This document shows positions 14,497-27,414 of a stretch of DNA of 64,000 bases, in pieces (the stretch's first letter is position 1; each line of letters starts with the position of its first letter). Source of the DNA: Octopus vulgaris (taxonomy: Eukaryota); the NCBI GenBank assembly GCA_951406725.2, contig OX597816.1, positions 132,184,001 to 132,248,000 on the forward strand, read 5' to 3'. The notes beneath the pieces are model-generated. The model saw nothing but the letters and a program-made list of their open reading frames with translations. It was not told the origin of the DNA and did no database searches. Made by a program: the position numbers and the translations under genes.

Positions 14497-15989
14497 ATAA
14501 AAATCTAACCTTCTACATCACATCGTTTTTCTTTAATGTCTGACAAATGGTTTCCTGCTCTTTGCTTTGTGCTCCAGATTATTGCTGTGCTATCTTTTGA
14601 TTATTCAGCCATGTATAATGAAATGGCCTCAACTCATTATATTGTATTATTATTATCATCATCACCATCATCATAAGTTTTTTAAAATTCTTATCCTCCT
14701 CCACTCTCTTGGAGAGTATTATTTTATAGAAACACACTCTCTAAAATAAATTTCTGTCTTGTATTTTAATGTTTTCTTTCTTATCACTCTCTTCCCTTCT
14801 TTTTCTCTAAAACCATCATTCCTTGTTTCTTTCTCTTCTTTTTTATCCTTTCTCCTTTCTCTCCTTATTTCTCATTTTCTCCCTCCTTGCTTTTTTCATA
14901 TTTGTTTGCTTATTTTTCTTTCTCATCTCCTCTTCATCTATTTTGCCCCCCCCCCTCCCCAATCATCATTCTCCCATACTCACAGACAAACTGATATTAT
15001 GCATTTTATTAAACTGCTCGTACAGGAGCAAATAAAAAAAAAATCAAAATCTAAATTAAACCCAACCAAATCGAACCGGAAGGTAAAATAAACCCTATAC
15101 AAAAATAGAGTATATCTTTGCTAATAAAGACAGCTTTTGTTGTTTTTTAAATTTTTTATTATTTTTTTTTGATTTTGTGGAAAAATCACTTCTAGATAAT
15201 ATTGTGCATAAAGAGATAAAGATTGCCCAACATAGCTTCATGTAATCTCTTTGGAATTTCAAGCTTTAAAATCTGATAGCCATCTTAGTGTGGGGTTTGA
15301 AGATAACAAGCAAACCCTATAGAGAAAAGAGTCTGACTGTGACTATTTTATCTTTCTGTAACAAAAGATGCTAGTTTTTCCCCTCCTCTTCTTTGCAATC
15401 TCTATAATTAGTGAGGCTGGGGAATGAAGTAGTACTTTTCTTTTTCGTAGTGTAGTATAAGCTAGGGAAGTAGAAGGTTTTTCCTTTCTTTCTTTCTTTC
15501 TTTCTTTCTATATATATTTATTTGTTTGTTTATTTAGTTTTCTTTTGGCTAAGTATGTACCACAATTGAACTATTCTTTTTTTTTCATTTCTTTTCTTTG
15601 TTTTGTTTTGTTAAATAATTGGCTACCTTGAAGTTAACAGTTGTTGTCTGCATTGTTTTAAATATGAATCTTACTTGGCAAATTGTTGTATTGTTGGCAA
15701 AGTCCTTGAGTTAAACAGTTGGAAACTTTGTTCTAGATATCTCTGCATAGCTTCTAAGTCAGTTGCTGTTGTATTTACTGAGTTACTACTTGTGTACATT
15801 GTATTAGATATCTACAACATATCTTAGAGTCAGTTGTTAGATTTCTAAACTGACTTACTGCTTTCTTTTTGTATAGATTGTAAAGCGGTGAATTGGTAGA
15901 ATCAGAACATTGGATAAAATACTTTAAAAGTATTCATTCCAGCTCTCTGGGTTCATATCGCACTGATGTCCACTTGGATTTTGGAGCTG

Positions 15990-16110
<121 letters not shown>

Positions 16111-16968
16111 CAGAAATTAGCTGTTGTCAAACCTTGAGTAGGATAAGCTCTTATAAGTTTAAAATGTCAAAGACAAACTTTAGGGCACACCAGCACCCAT
16201 TCAACAGCATCAAGAGTTAAGGACTCAAAGGATGAATGAGGATATAATATATTGACTATCAAAATAGCTTAGTAAGTTGTGATAGTGATGCCTTCCTTTG
16301 CAAGGCCAGTTTTTATAGGGGAGTACTGTGATCAGTAAGTAATGACAATCATTTGTTTTTGATATATTTTAAGGAATAAAAAAGCACTCTACCTTAGCAG
16401 GATTTGACTAAAGATTTAAAAATAAAATAACAACAACAACAATAATAATAATAATAATGGACTTATTGTATACAGTGCTCAGATGCACTACAAGAGCATG
16501 TATTTTAAGGTATACAAGATCAGTATTTTAAGGTAGTTAATCCATGTTTCTGCACATTCAAGTCAATATATTGTTGAGTTAGTTGTATGCAATATCACTA
16601 CAGTATAAATATTTATTTTGCTTAGCTTCTAATTTTACACAACATAGTTGAGAAAGGTTTTTTTTTAATCAACAGCATAGTAGATGCGTAAAGCACCATT
16701 TTGGTGGGGGCTGAGCAGTGCAAACTAACAAAACATTTGTCTGTTACATACAATCATGGTTCCCCATACTCCCTTTTAACAGATTCAACTTTTATTGAAT
16801 TGAATCATTAAACATTTTGAATGTTTGTTAATGACAAAATTCCTGCATAAGATGTGATATGAACCAACAACTTTTTGACTGGGTGATCAGCATCCAAAGA
16901 ACTTAGTTAACCTTGATTTTAAACATGGCTTAGAAACACATTATATTATTGTAGTTGCATGCATTATT

Positions 16969-17086
<118 letters not shown>

Positions 17087-17235
17087 AAAAGTTTTTTTCA
17101 GAATGAGATAAAAACCAAGGCTGTGAAGATTTTAGAACATTTATAAACATGTCTTACAATGAAATATGATTATATATATATATATATTCATACATACATA
17201 CATATTCATACATACATACTTATATACATACATAT

Positions 17236-17519
17236 TACGTGCCGGTGGCACGTAAAAAGCACCATCTGATCGTGGCCGTTGCCAGCCTCACCTGGCCCCT
17301 GTGCCGTTGCACGTAAAAAGCACCATCCGACCGTGGTCGTTTGCCAGCCTCGTCTGGCACGTAAAAAGCACCCACTACACTCACAGAGTGGTTGGCGTTA
17401 GGAAGGGCATCCAGCTGTAGAAACATTGCCAGATCAGACCGGGCCTGGTGCAGCCTTCTGGCTTCCCAGACCCCAGTTGAACCATCCAACCCATGGAAAG
17501 CGGACACTAAATGATGATG

Positions 17520-17521
<2 letters not shown>
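17236..17521 (+). mobile_element. RTE-type 3' end with repeated CACGTAAAAAGCACC motifs and (GAT)n tail
   Basis: Closely similar to 30300-30556 (AGTGGTTGGCGTTAGGAAGGGCATCCAGCTGTAGAAAC..CCATCCAACCCATG..GATGATGAT). CpG-rich. Confidence 0.8.
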
Positions 17522-17562
<41 letters not shown>

Positions 17563-17597
17563 CATATTCGATTGTAAATAGCAAATAACCCACCTTT

Positions 17598-17665
<68 letters not shown>

Positions 17666-18489
17666 CTTGTTTGTGTATGTATGTGTTCAGAGAGAAATAG
17701 TACTGCTCTTTGTGGGATTGCAGACAGCAGACAATATTCTGTGATCAGTAAGTTGAAATCAAGCATTACATTGTGGGAATTGATATATGGAGCTTGAAGC
17801 TTAGAAGCTTTGCTGGTTGCTTTTTTTGGAAGGAAATACACAGCAAGGAAAAGGTATTTCAGGGCAGCAGTTCTTTGAGAAAAAAAATATATAAATAAAA
17901 TAACATGCTATATACTTGGTTGCTTAGTGTTAAGATGAGAAACACTGTGGTTGATGTTAGAGCAAGTTGTAAGAGTTCATTATAGTTGTAACAGAGGTAG
18001 GGAGAGAACTTAGTATAGCAATGGGTCTTTTTATCTTTATTATTTTAGATAGCAGCAAAGCTTTGGTGGTAGATAAACTGTTACATTGTTATAAACATGA
18101 GTCATATTCTTTGTATTAACTGTCTTCAGCACAATCATGTTGGAAAGGTATATTACTTAGTTAATAGTTGCTAACATAATTTTAAACATGAATCTAGTCT
18201 AGCTGGCAACTTGTTACGTTTTTGTTAGAGAAACTAATATCTCTAATCTGTTCTTGGATCTAAACAAGATTAAAGAAATTGAAGATTATTATAAAACCAT
18301 GTTTCATTTAATGAAAGCAAAGCTCGTCTTGATTACTTTCTTACTTGAGAAAGGAAATACCTTTCTCTCTAGCCAACCAACTGGAAAGCATTTTAGTTGG
18401 TTTTTGTTATATAAAATATCAGACTTGGGGTGGGGGTGGGGTGAAGAACAAAAAGGCTTTTATCCTCACCATTTTAAAGTTGAGCTTCA

Positions 18490-18880
18490 AATAAGAAATT
18501 ACTCTGTTCTTAGGCACAATGTAGGTGTCTTGTAAAAAAAGTTTACTTCTCAACCACATGATCTCAGTGCATGGATGGTACCTTGGTTAAGTGTCTTCTA
18601 CTTGTGAGTAGATTTTGTAGGTGGAAACTGAAAGAAGCCCATTGTATGTGTGTACTACTCTCATCATCTTGACTTCATATGATAGTTATAAATGAGTGTC
18701 ACTATCATGCAGGTGATGTCTTTCGTCTCCAATATTCTGAGAAAACACATCAGGTCATAAGGAAATATTACTTTACTTAGAAACAGGTGAGGGCTCGTGA
18801 CAAGAAGGGTATCTGTGTAGATAGTCTGCTTCAATGAAATTTCATCCAACCCCTGCAAACATAGAAAAGTGGAAGATGAT
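18490..18880 (+). mobile_element. SINE family A head joined to an RTE-like 3' tail (variant A2)
   Basis: Family A head (CAACCACATG..GTGTCTTCTA..GGAAACTGAAAGAAGCC), then GGAAATATTACTTTACTTAGAAACAGGTGAGGG..GAAGGGTATC..GAAAAGTGGA-GATGAT. The same layout occurs at 55740-56110 (+) and 24740-25100 (-). Confidence 0.65.
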
Positions 18881-20514
18881 AGCTTAGTTATGTTTTGTTT
18901 TATTTAGATATTTTAACATAGTTGAGCAAAAATAACCATTATAAATATTGAATAAATTTGAATGAAGTCACCAGAGAATTTTGCTTATTTCATTTCGATA
19001 TTGTTATCCCTAATATTCAATATCCTGAGAGCTTAAAAGAAAAAGTATTGAAATATTTTGTAAATACTTCAATAATTTGTCTTAAATGTTCTATCAAAAA
19101 AAAAAAAAAAATTATAGTTTTTATTTTACTGTGTGTATGAGTGTCTTTTTATGTTTGTCTCACTCCAGCTTTTGTGTTATTATCTGTTCCATCTTTGTTT
19201 CATTGCTTCTCTCACACGTCAGCAATATACTATTGTTTTAAAAGTTATTGTGAAGCTGCAGTGTTTTTAAGGCTGGTTGAATGGGGCAAGAGGAAGATGG
19301 TAGTGGCGTTGGTGAATAGTTTTTCTTTCTCATTTTCCACTTTTTTTTTTTCCATTATTATCATATATTTCCTTATTTGTTTATTTTTCCTTTATTCCTA
19401 TTTTTGAAATCCATCTTTCCTCTGCATTTGTATTTTTCTGCTGACAGAAACATTCTTGTTTTGATTCTCTGATTCAGAATACCAGAGATACCGGCTGATG
19501 TACAGATTGGATTTCTGCAATATGTTGCTATTGATTCTTAGATGTTGTTGTCTGCCACTAAGCTGTCCCTGCACCACCATACACAATGTCCCTTACCCTC
19601 CTTTTCCCTCCAGGTGCTGACTGAACCACTTAGATATGTGAAATTATTAGTGTGTGTGTGTGTTTTGCTGTTGCTGTAGAACAGATTATGGATGTGTTTC
19701 ATGGCGAAAAAATTGTTCTTGGGATATTTAAGTTATGTTCAGTTTTGTATTAAGGAATGCAGTCAACACACACATACACACACACTCTCTCTCTCTCTCT
19801 CTCTCTCTTTCTTGAAAGAGAGAGAGATAAATATATGTAGATAGATAGAGAGACAACGAGACAGCATGGACAGCTTTCATCATAACTCTTTAATGAATGA
19901 TATGTTTAAGAGATAAGCATAATTTGCCTTCTTTTAATAACTGGTGATCTACTTCAACAACTCAAAGCTTTAATAGATGTAAATTTATATTTGAAAATCA
20001 TTAACGATTATAATTTTCTGTTCTATTAATTTTATCCATTCAGTGTATATATACAATATTTATATCTATATTATCGATTTTAGTTTGTTTGATTCCTTCA
20101 GTGTCTGAATGTCATCAAGTGTCAAAAATATACACAATTCCAGACTGGATCCTGAGAAGAAACCTTTATTTTAAAATTTTATTTTAAGCCTGTCGCTTAG
20201 TGCACAGGGGAATTTAAATTTACTTCAGCTAGTTTAGAAATAAATGTTGCTAATTTGAATTTGGTCTAGGAATATGTATATCCAGGAATGAGTCACAACA
20301 GATGATGAAAAATTGCAATATGATGTAGAAATATATAATAATAAATATTGTAAATATACACTTTAAGGAGGAAATTAATGGTTACAGGATAATGAAATCT
20401 GAGTTATAACAACCCTTATTAAACATTTAGATATTTAAAAACAGTTTTGGGATATTTAAAAATGATATAGCAAATTTGTTTTTCTCCTCCATTTTCTTCT
20501 ATGTCATCTCTTTT

Positions 20515-20893
20515 ATCTTTTACTTGTCTCAGTCAGTATACAGAGGCCATACTCGGGCACCACACTTCAAGTATTTACTTGAACAAATTGACCTCAGAAC
20601 CTATGTTCTTTTTTTCCTTTCTTTTTAAGACTAGCACTTATTCTATCATCTCTTTTGCTGAACACTTAAGTTACAGAGACATAAACAAACCAACACCAGT
20701 TCTCAAGTAGAGCTTCACACACACACACAATGGGCTTCTTCCAGTTTCTGTCTACCAAATCCACACACAAGGCCTTGGTTGGCCTGGGACTATAGTAGAA
20801 GACGCTAGCCCAAGGTGCCACACAGTAGGACTGAGCCTGCAACCACGTGGTTGCAAAGCAAGCATCTTTTCTTTACCATACAACTACACCTGC
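20515..20893 (-). mobile_element. tRNA-derived SINE, family A (older copy)
   Basis: Colinear with the adjacent younger copy at 20941-21358. Confidence 0.85.
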
Positions 20894-20940
20894 ATCATGG
20901 TAGAATTTTTTGTTGTTGCATTGTATATATTCTTTTACGC

Positions 20941-21153
20941 TTTTTACTCTTTTACTTGTTTCAGTCATTTAACTGCGGCCATGCTGGAGCACCGCCTTTA
21001 GTCGAGCAAATCGACACCGGGACTTATTCTTTGTAAGCCCAGTACTTATTCTATCGGCCTCTTTTGCCGAACCGCTAAGTGACGGGGACGTAAACACACT
21101 AGCATCGGTTGTCAAGCAATGTTAGGGTGACAAACACAGACACACAAACATAT

Positions 21154-21213
<60 letters not shown>

Positions 21214-21356
21214 GACAGGCTTCTTTCAGTTTCCATCTACCATTGGTTGGCCCGGGGCTATAGCAGAAGACACTTGCCCAAGATGCCACGCAGTGGGACT
21301 GAACCCGGAACCATGTGGTTGGTAAGCAAGCTACTTACCACACAGCCACTCCTGCG

Positions 21357-21358
<2 letters not shown>
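20941..21358 (-). mobile_element. tRNA-derived SINE, family A (young, near full length)
   Basis: Minus strand begins GGCGCAGGAGTGGCTGTGTGG (A-box-like), then GGTTCAGTCCC (B-box-like). Has an internal (TA)n/(TG)n tract and ends GACTGAAACAAGTAAAAGA. CpGs are intact. Confidence 0.92.
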
Positions 21359-21403
<45 letters not shown>

Positions 21404-22426
21404 TTTTTCATTTGATAGTTAAACAATTTAAATTTCATTTACGTTTTTGTTTATTAGCTACAATGCCAAATTCTCACTAATATGGCCAATCAGCACAATA
21501 AAACAATTGTCCCAAGTAGTCGGTGTAAAATATAGAAAAGTTTTTCTGTTATCTTGAGAATTTAGAATCCATTATCGAATCAATTGATCAGCTGTGTTCG
21601 TATTTGGTTCACGTCTGTTTTCCTCTTTCCATCTTTGCCTTCCTCCACTAACTATTCATTGATTTTTCAGTCACTTCAGTGCTTTGCTGCCAACTCACCT
21701 ACCTCCTCACCCAGTATCTGGTGTGATGCAGCTTTATAAACTGCAGCAAGAATAGTTCAGTTCCTTGCTCAAGGATACATGCGATGCTGGTAATGAAATA
21801 AGAACCTATGACCCTTGAACAGCAAAAGGTCGATATCCTGTAGACTCTATCCCATATTCATCTCTCTAGATATGTTACTATGTAGCCACTCGCATAATGA
21901 TTCAGGGGGGGTTTGATGATTTCTCTGTAACTTACTGGTTAGTGTACAATGCATACTACATACTGACATCAGCTGGTCATTAACATTGATATTGGTTTTC
22001 CTCACATGTAACATTCTCTGCAGCTGAACAAATAAATAAATAAATAATAAATACATTTTTTTTTTTTTAAATGGTCAGATTGAACTGAAGATAAGATTTC
22101 TGCTAGGATTTCCATTGTCCTTAGAAATCTATTTTAAATCTTTGAGGCTATGTGGGTATAGGCGTAAAACTATCAGCTATTGAAACATTGAGCTGAGGGA
22201 GCCTCTACATGGTTGCTCTACCTACCAGAAACAGCAGCTAAATCACCTTCAAATAGCTCCCCACTGTCTCAAAAATTAAAGGACACGATTATTATAGTCC
22301 TAGATACATTATGTCTGGTGGTGGTCATGACTAGAATGCTTGTGATCATGAACCACAATAACCTGAGTTCATATCCTACCACAATCACTTCATTTTTGCT
22401 TATTTAGCTCAACAAATTAAAGAATA

Positions 22427-22878
22427 CAGTAATCCCTCGGCTATTGCAGGTGTTATGTTCCAAAACTCCCCACGATAGGTGAAAATCCGTGAAGTAGAAA
22501 CAGTACTGTACTGTATATTTTTTAATTATTTCTATGATTTGTATATATTTTATTATAAATGCAAAACAACACCACACACTCACCTCCTGAGTTTCATTTT
22601 CCATACAGTATGTGCAATTCTTTGTTTGCTCATCTGTGGTACACTATATATTTTCTTTTGATATATTTTTGTATTTCTATTTATTAATTTATAGGCATAA
22701 AAATGCTTATTTTGCCACAGAAATAATTAAAATCTAAAAAAATATAAATATCTATCGGCTGCAGAAACCCATGATATGCTGAAGAGTCTGCAATATAAAT
22801 TTACATATATTAGGCAGAAAAATCCACAATGTACTTGAGGGCGTGGTAGGTGAACCGCAATGTGGCAAGTGATTATTG
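22427..22878. mobile_element. Non-autonomous pogo/Tigger-like DNA transposon (MITE)
   Basis: TA|CAGTAATCCCTCG at the left end. The right end CAAGTGATTATTG|TA is its degenerate inverted copy. TA flanks both sides. Confidence 0.7.
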
Positions 22879-23027
22879 TATATCCTTTCTGGGGAGAGTC
22901 ATTTATGACATAGACTACCTTCCCATACAACTGGACTTTTGTCTCTTGCTTAACCGTAAGGAAATTTGAATAAAGTGTTAATATTCTGAACTTCTTCAAA
23001 ACATTCTGTTATAAGAATCTTTCTATG

Positions 23028-23350
23028 TTTTACTTGTTTCAGTCATTAGACTACGGCCCAAGTACTTGTTTTTTTTTTTTAAAGCCTGGTAGTTATTCTG
23101 TCAGTTTCCCTTGCCAAACTGCTAAGTTATGTGAACATAAACACACCAGCATCAGTTGTCAAGCATGATGGTGGGGGACAAATACACATATACACATACA
23201 ATAGGCTTCTTTCAGTTTCCATCTCCCAAATCCACTAACAAGGTTTTGGTCGACCCAAGGCTACAGTAGAAGACACCCAGGGTGCCATGCAGTGGGACTG
23301 AACCTGGAACCATGTGGTTGGGATGCAAACTTCTTACCACACAGCCACAT
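23028..23350 (-). mobile_element. tRNA-derived SINE, family A
   Basis: Colinear with other family A copies. Confidence 0.85.
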
Positions 23351-23941
23351 TTGCCCTATTCGTTTCCCTCACATGGCTACATTCTTTTATTTATTTGTTT
23401 CTCAAATCTTTCTTTGATAGTTTATGTACCTACATGTTTTTGATTTCTAGATTACATCAGCCATCTGAGTTTACAATCTGTTGACAAGAGAGACCTTTAA
23501 AATTCTGTGTTGATTTGAGAGACCTTATAAATCACAATGCCAAGGGTTCCTACATACTTATTGAACTGCTGCAACATGTTGCTTCTAGGCTATTGATTCT
23601 CACTTGTTTCACTATTTTACTGTCTTTGCAATGATAGATATATTTTTGAAGCACACTTGTCAGCCATTTGGCATTTTATGTGGTTTGTAGGAACATTTGT
23701 TTGTGTAGTTTATTTAATATATGGCATGGCTATATAGTTAAATAGTTTGCTTCCCAACCACATAGTTTCAGGTTCAGCCCCACTGCATGAAACCGTAAGC
23801 AAGTGTCTTCTATTGCCTCAGGCCATCCAAAGCCTTGTGAATGGATTTGGTTGGTGTGTGTGTGTGTGTTTGTGTCTACATGTTTTGACAACTTGTGGTA
23901 GTTGTTGATGAGTTTTTCACTGTCATACAAGCAGTGTCGTA

Positions 23942-24709
23942 TTGGGTTGGCAAGAAAATAATTTCGTTTTTCGCAAGTAGATAGAGTTACAATTTTTTTG
24001 AGTGACTTTTGTCAATGTTACAAGTTTTTTTCCTTTTGACATTTGATAGCCATTACTTTTAGCTTACTTTAGAAGCAAATTGCTCGTAATTTTATTTACA
24101 GTTGTTAGTTCAGTGTCAATTTTAATATGGAGTGTAAAAACAAACATTTTCGCCATATTTTGCTTTTTTATTTCTATAATGGCAAGAAAGCTGCTGAGGC
24201 TCATAAAGAGATGTGAAGTTTATGGTGTTAATTGCTTGACAGAACATACATGTCAGAAATGGTTTAAGAAATTCCGTTCTGGAGATTTTTCACTCAATGA
24301 TGACCAACGTTCTGGTCAACCTACTGATGACCAAATCAAAGCCATAATTGAATCTGATAGTCATATAACTGTGTGAGAAATTGCAGAGAGGTTATATGTG
24401 TCACAGACAACAATTGAAAATCACTTAAAATGTCTTGCACTTGTTAAGAAGCTCGATATTTGGGTTCCACATAAATTGAAAGAGATTCACTTAACACATC
24501 TCAAATGCAATAAAATTTACCTTTTTTTTAAAATGAATCATCACTGGTAATGGAAAGTAGATTGTCTACAATAACATCAATTGAAAACGATCATGGTCCA
24601 AGCGTAATGAACCAGCACAAACCACATCGAAAGCTGAATTGCATAAAAAAAAAGGGTCATGCTGTCAATTTGATGGGATTATAAAGGTGTTGTGTATTTT
24701 GAGTTGCTT
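23942..24709 (+). mobile_element. 3'-truncated mariner (mellifera-subfamily-like) transposon relic
   Basis: Starts TA|TTGGGTTGGC. From ATG 24127 it reads MECKNKHFRHILLFYFYNGKKAAEAHK..CEVYG..CQKWFKKFRSGDFSL.D..RSG.P..KKLDIWVPH.L..VMLSI.WDYKGVVYFELL with frameshifts and stops. No right TIR. Confidence 0.9.
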
Positions 24710-24736
24710 TGATTAAGAAGGATTTATGATGAAAGT

Positions 24737-24767
<31 letters not shown>

Positions 24768-26501
24768 TATAACATCCACTTTTCCATGTTTGCATGGACT
24801 GTTCAAAAATTGTTGAGGTGGATTTTCAATAGTTGGATGCCCTTCCTGTCACCTAGCAAGGTAATGTTCCTTGTGAAGGGACATGTTACAACTATCACAT
24901 GTAGTCAAGGAGACTGTAACACACACACACGCACACATACATATATACAACAGGCTTCTTTTAGATTTCAAATCCACTTCCAAGGTTTTGGTCATCCTGA
25001 AGGTATAATAGAAGACACTTGCCCAAGGTGCCACTCAGTAGGAGTGAATTCGAAGTTATACAAGTGAGAAGCAAACTTCTTAGCAGATAACCATGCTTAT
25101 GCTTACTATTTCTTTGGGGAAAAAAGCAAAAAAAACAAAAAACAAAAAAACAAATGTAATAGTTAAGGCTGAGAAAAGGAAGTTGTGTAAAAAAAAAAAA
25201 AAAAAGGAGAGAGGAATAGTTGGAGAGAAATATTTTGGTAGATATTTTCTGTCAAGATAATATGCATAAAAATGTGAATAATGATAGCATTATGATGCAT
25301 GGCTTGAACTATAGTGACTATCCCCACATTAATTTGTTTCAAAATTCTCTCAAATTTGACCAGCTATATTCAGAAACATCAATAAAATTGCAATTAAGTT
25401 TAATTTTCTTTGAATATGAAGATTATGATCTTTGTTTTTTTTTCATATAAAGTCATAAAAATTTTGCTCCAAATTTGTTTGTTAATAAACATTAAAAAAT
25501 GCTAAGAATTATCTAGAAAAATTTCTGAGAAATATCAACACCATTAAAATAAATTAGAACTGAAAAAAACTTAAGCTTAATGTTAGGAGGATCTCTTATT
25601 TAAGAAGTGTGTGTGTAACTAGGTACATTCTAGATCGCTTTAGTAACTCCTGATTCTCTTGATCTGTTAAAGTTGCTGTTTTAAGAACTTATTCCCTTAT
25701 TATTTCCAACCATTTGTTTGCACATTCTCTGCATTATCCTACACTAAAAGGTTACTCGTACTATTGAAAAAAGAAAAAGCTGTACTGTTTCTTTGTCATC
25801 GGTATGTTGCCAGATTATAACTTGGCAGTGGGGTGGAAAGAATTGGCAGGAAGCTCAGGCAGATTTATTGCTCTACTACCACACTTTATTGCTGATAAAT
25901 ATGTATGTATGTGTTATGCATAGAAACACAATAAACCAGCCTAGCTTCACGTGGAATTTACAATTGGTAGTGAAGTTTGGGATAAGTTTCAGAAATTGGA
26001 TAAGTTGACAGCCTAATCAAAACTACAAATGCTTCATATCTTGTCAAAATAAATTTTACTTATTTCATTTTCCTTCTTTTAATATACCTTCTAGTTTTTA
26101 CAATAACAGAATCTTACATCTCATACTGTGCAACAAGACAATCTCTGTATGGTTACTTGACCTGTAGAAATAGCTAAATCTTGCTCAAATTGCAGTCTAC
26201 TGTTTTAAAAAATGGAAAAGCATCTGTCGATGAAATACATTATTTTGGGGAGAAAAAAAAGACAGAAAATAAAAAGGGATAGTCACAGCTCTGCTTATTC
26301 AAGATTAAACAACAGCAAATTAATTAATGTTGCTCTGTTAACTTTCATCAAATTGCCAATGTTTTCCTTTTTGTTATAAAACCAAAAGTTTGGTGGTTTA
26401 TTCCTTTTACTGCTTTCTGACATTGGACTGTGAACTTGCTGGGACAATCCTTCAAGGCTTTTTTTAGTAGATCATAGCAGCCCCCATACTTATTTCAGTT
26501 G

Positions 26502-26655
26502 CATTATCTCATAGCTTTGAGATTTCAATAATGCGGTTGTTTATTTTTAGAATGACATTGTAGAGTAGGTGTGAGAGGCCAAGTCTGGTCAGTTTGAACA
26601 TAAACCAGGTAGAATATTCAGGCCAGATTTGGCCAGTTTAAATGTTAAAGGGTTA
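26502..26655. mobile_element. Possible terminus of a TTAA-CCC-type (piggyBac-like) non-autonomous element
   Basis: Ends in AAAGGGTTA; a similar AAAGGGTTAA end occurs at 48410-48419. Only one terminus is visible in each case. Confidence 0.3.
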
Positions 26656-26779
26656 TTATATCTATCTATCTATCTATCTATCTGTCTGTCTAGCTTTCTT
26701 TTACCATTTGTCTATGTTACCATTACCACACAAATGTCTTGCTATTAATTAAGTTTGTTGTGTCAAACACATAAACATG

Positions 26780-26818
<39 letters not shown>

Positions 26819-27011
26819 TTCTGTCTACCAGATGACATTCACAACATATTGCTTGTCCTGAGTATTTTTCTTGTCCATTCCATTCAACCATTGTTAGTCT
26901 ATTACTAGATGAAAGCTCAGCGTACCATTGCCCCTACTTACTTTTACTGATTGCAGGCCTATCTGTCCAAGCTGGTCAATTGTGGTTGAACAGAATGCTT
27001 CCTTGATCAGT

Positions 27012-27126
27012 GATCAATTAGCCCAGATAGTGAAAAAAATATATATCAATTAGCACCTTATAGTGAATATGATCAATTAGCACCTTATAGTGAAAAAAAT
27101 AAAATAAAATAAAAATGACCAATTAG
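27012..27126. repeat. Short minisatellite, 3-4 units of ATCAATTAGCACCTTATAGTGAA
   Basis: Units visible directly, separated by variable A/T-rich spacers. Confidence 0.8.
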
Positions 27127-27281
27127 ACTTGGAGGTTTGATTTACCATACCATCTCTTGGATTTACCACAGCACCTCAGAAATTTCAAGTTCAAAACCTC
27201 TTAGAAATGTAACCCCTGAGCAATTGTGCTATCCAAGAAAAATTATTATATCCCATTCATTGAGTGCCATTTCTTTTAAAA

Positions 27282-27414
27282 CTGGTTCTCAACCAGTTCA
27301 TATGACCCCTGAGGGTCCATATATAATTCTTGGGGGTCGATGCAAACAAAATTATAAATTGGGGATCTATGGTAGCATTTTAAGGGCCTGTTAATGAATG
27401 GTTGAGAACTACTG
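27282..27414. mobile_element. 133-bp hAT (Buster/Charlie-type) MITE
   Basis: Left end C[AG missing]TGGTTCTCAACC, right end GGTTGAGAACTACTG. Flanked by TTTTAAAA at 27274-27281 and 27415-27422 (8-bp TSD with central TA). Confidence 0.75.

Noticed and set aside
27012-27126. Repeat-spacer-like arrays (also 54641-54740 and 17250-17375) as CRISPR
   Set aside because: Eukaryotic context, only 2-4 units, no unique constant-length spacers and no cas genes.
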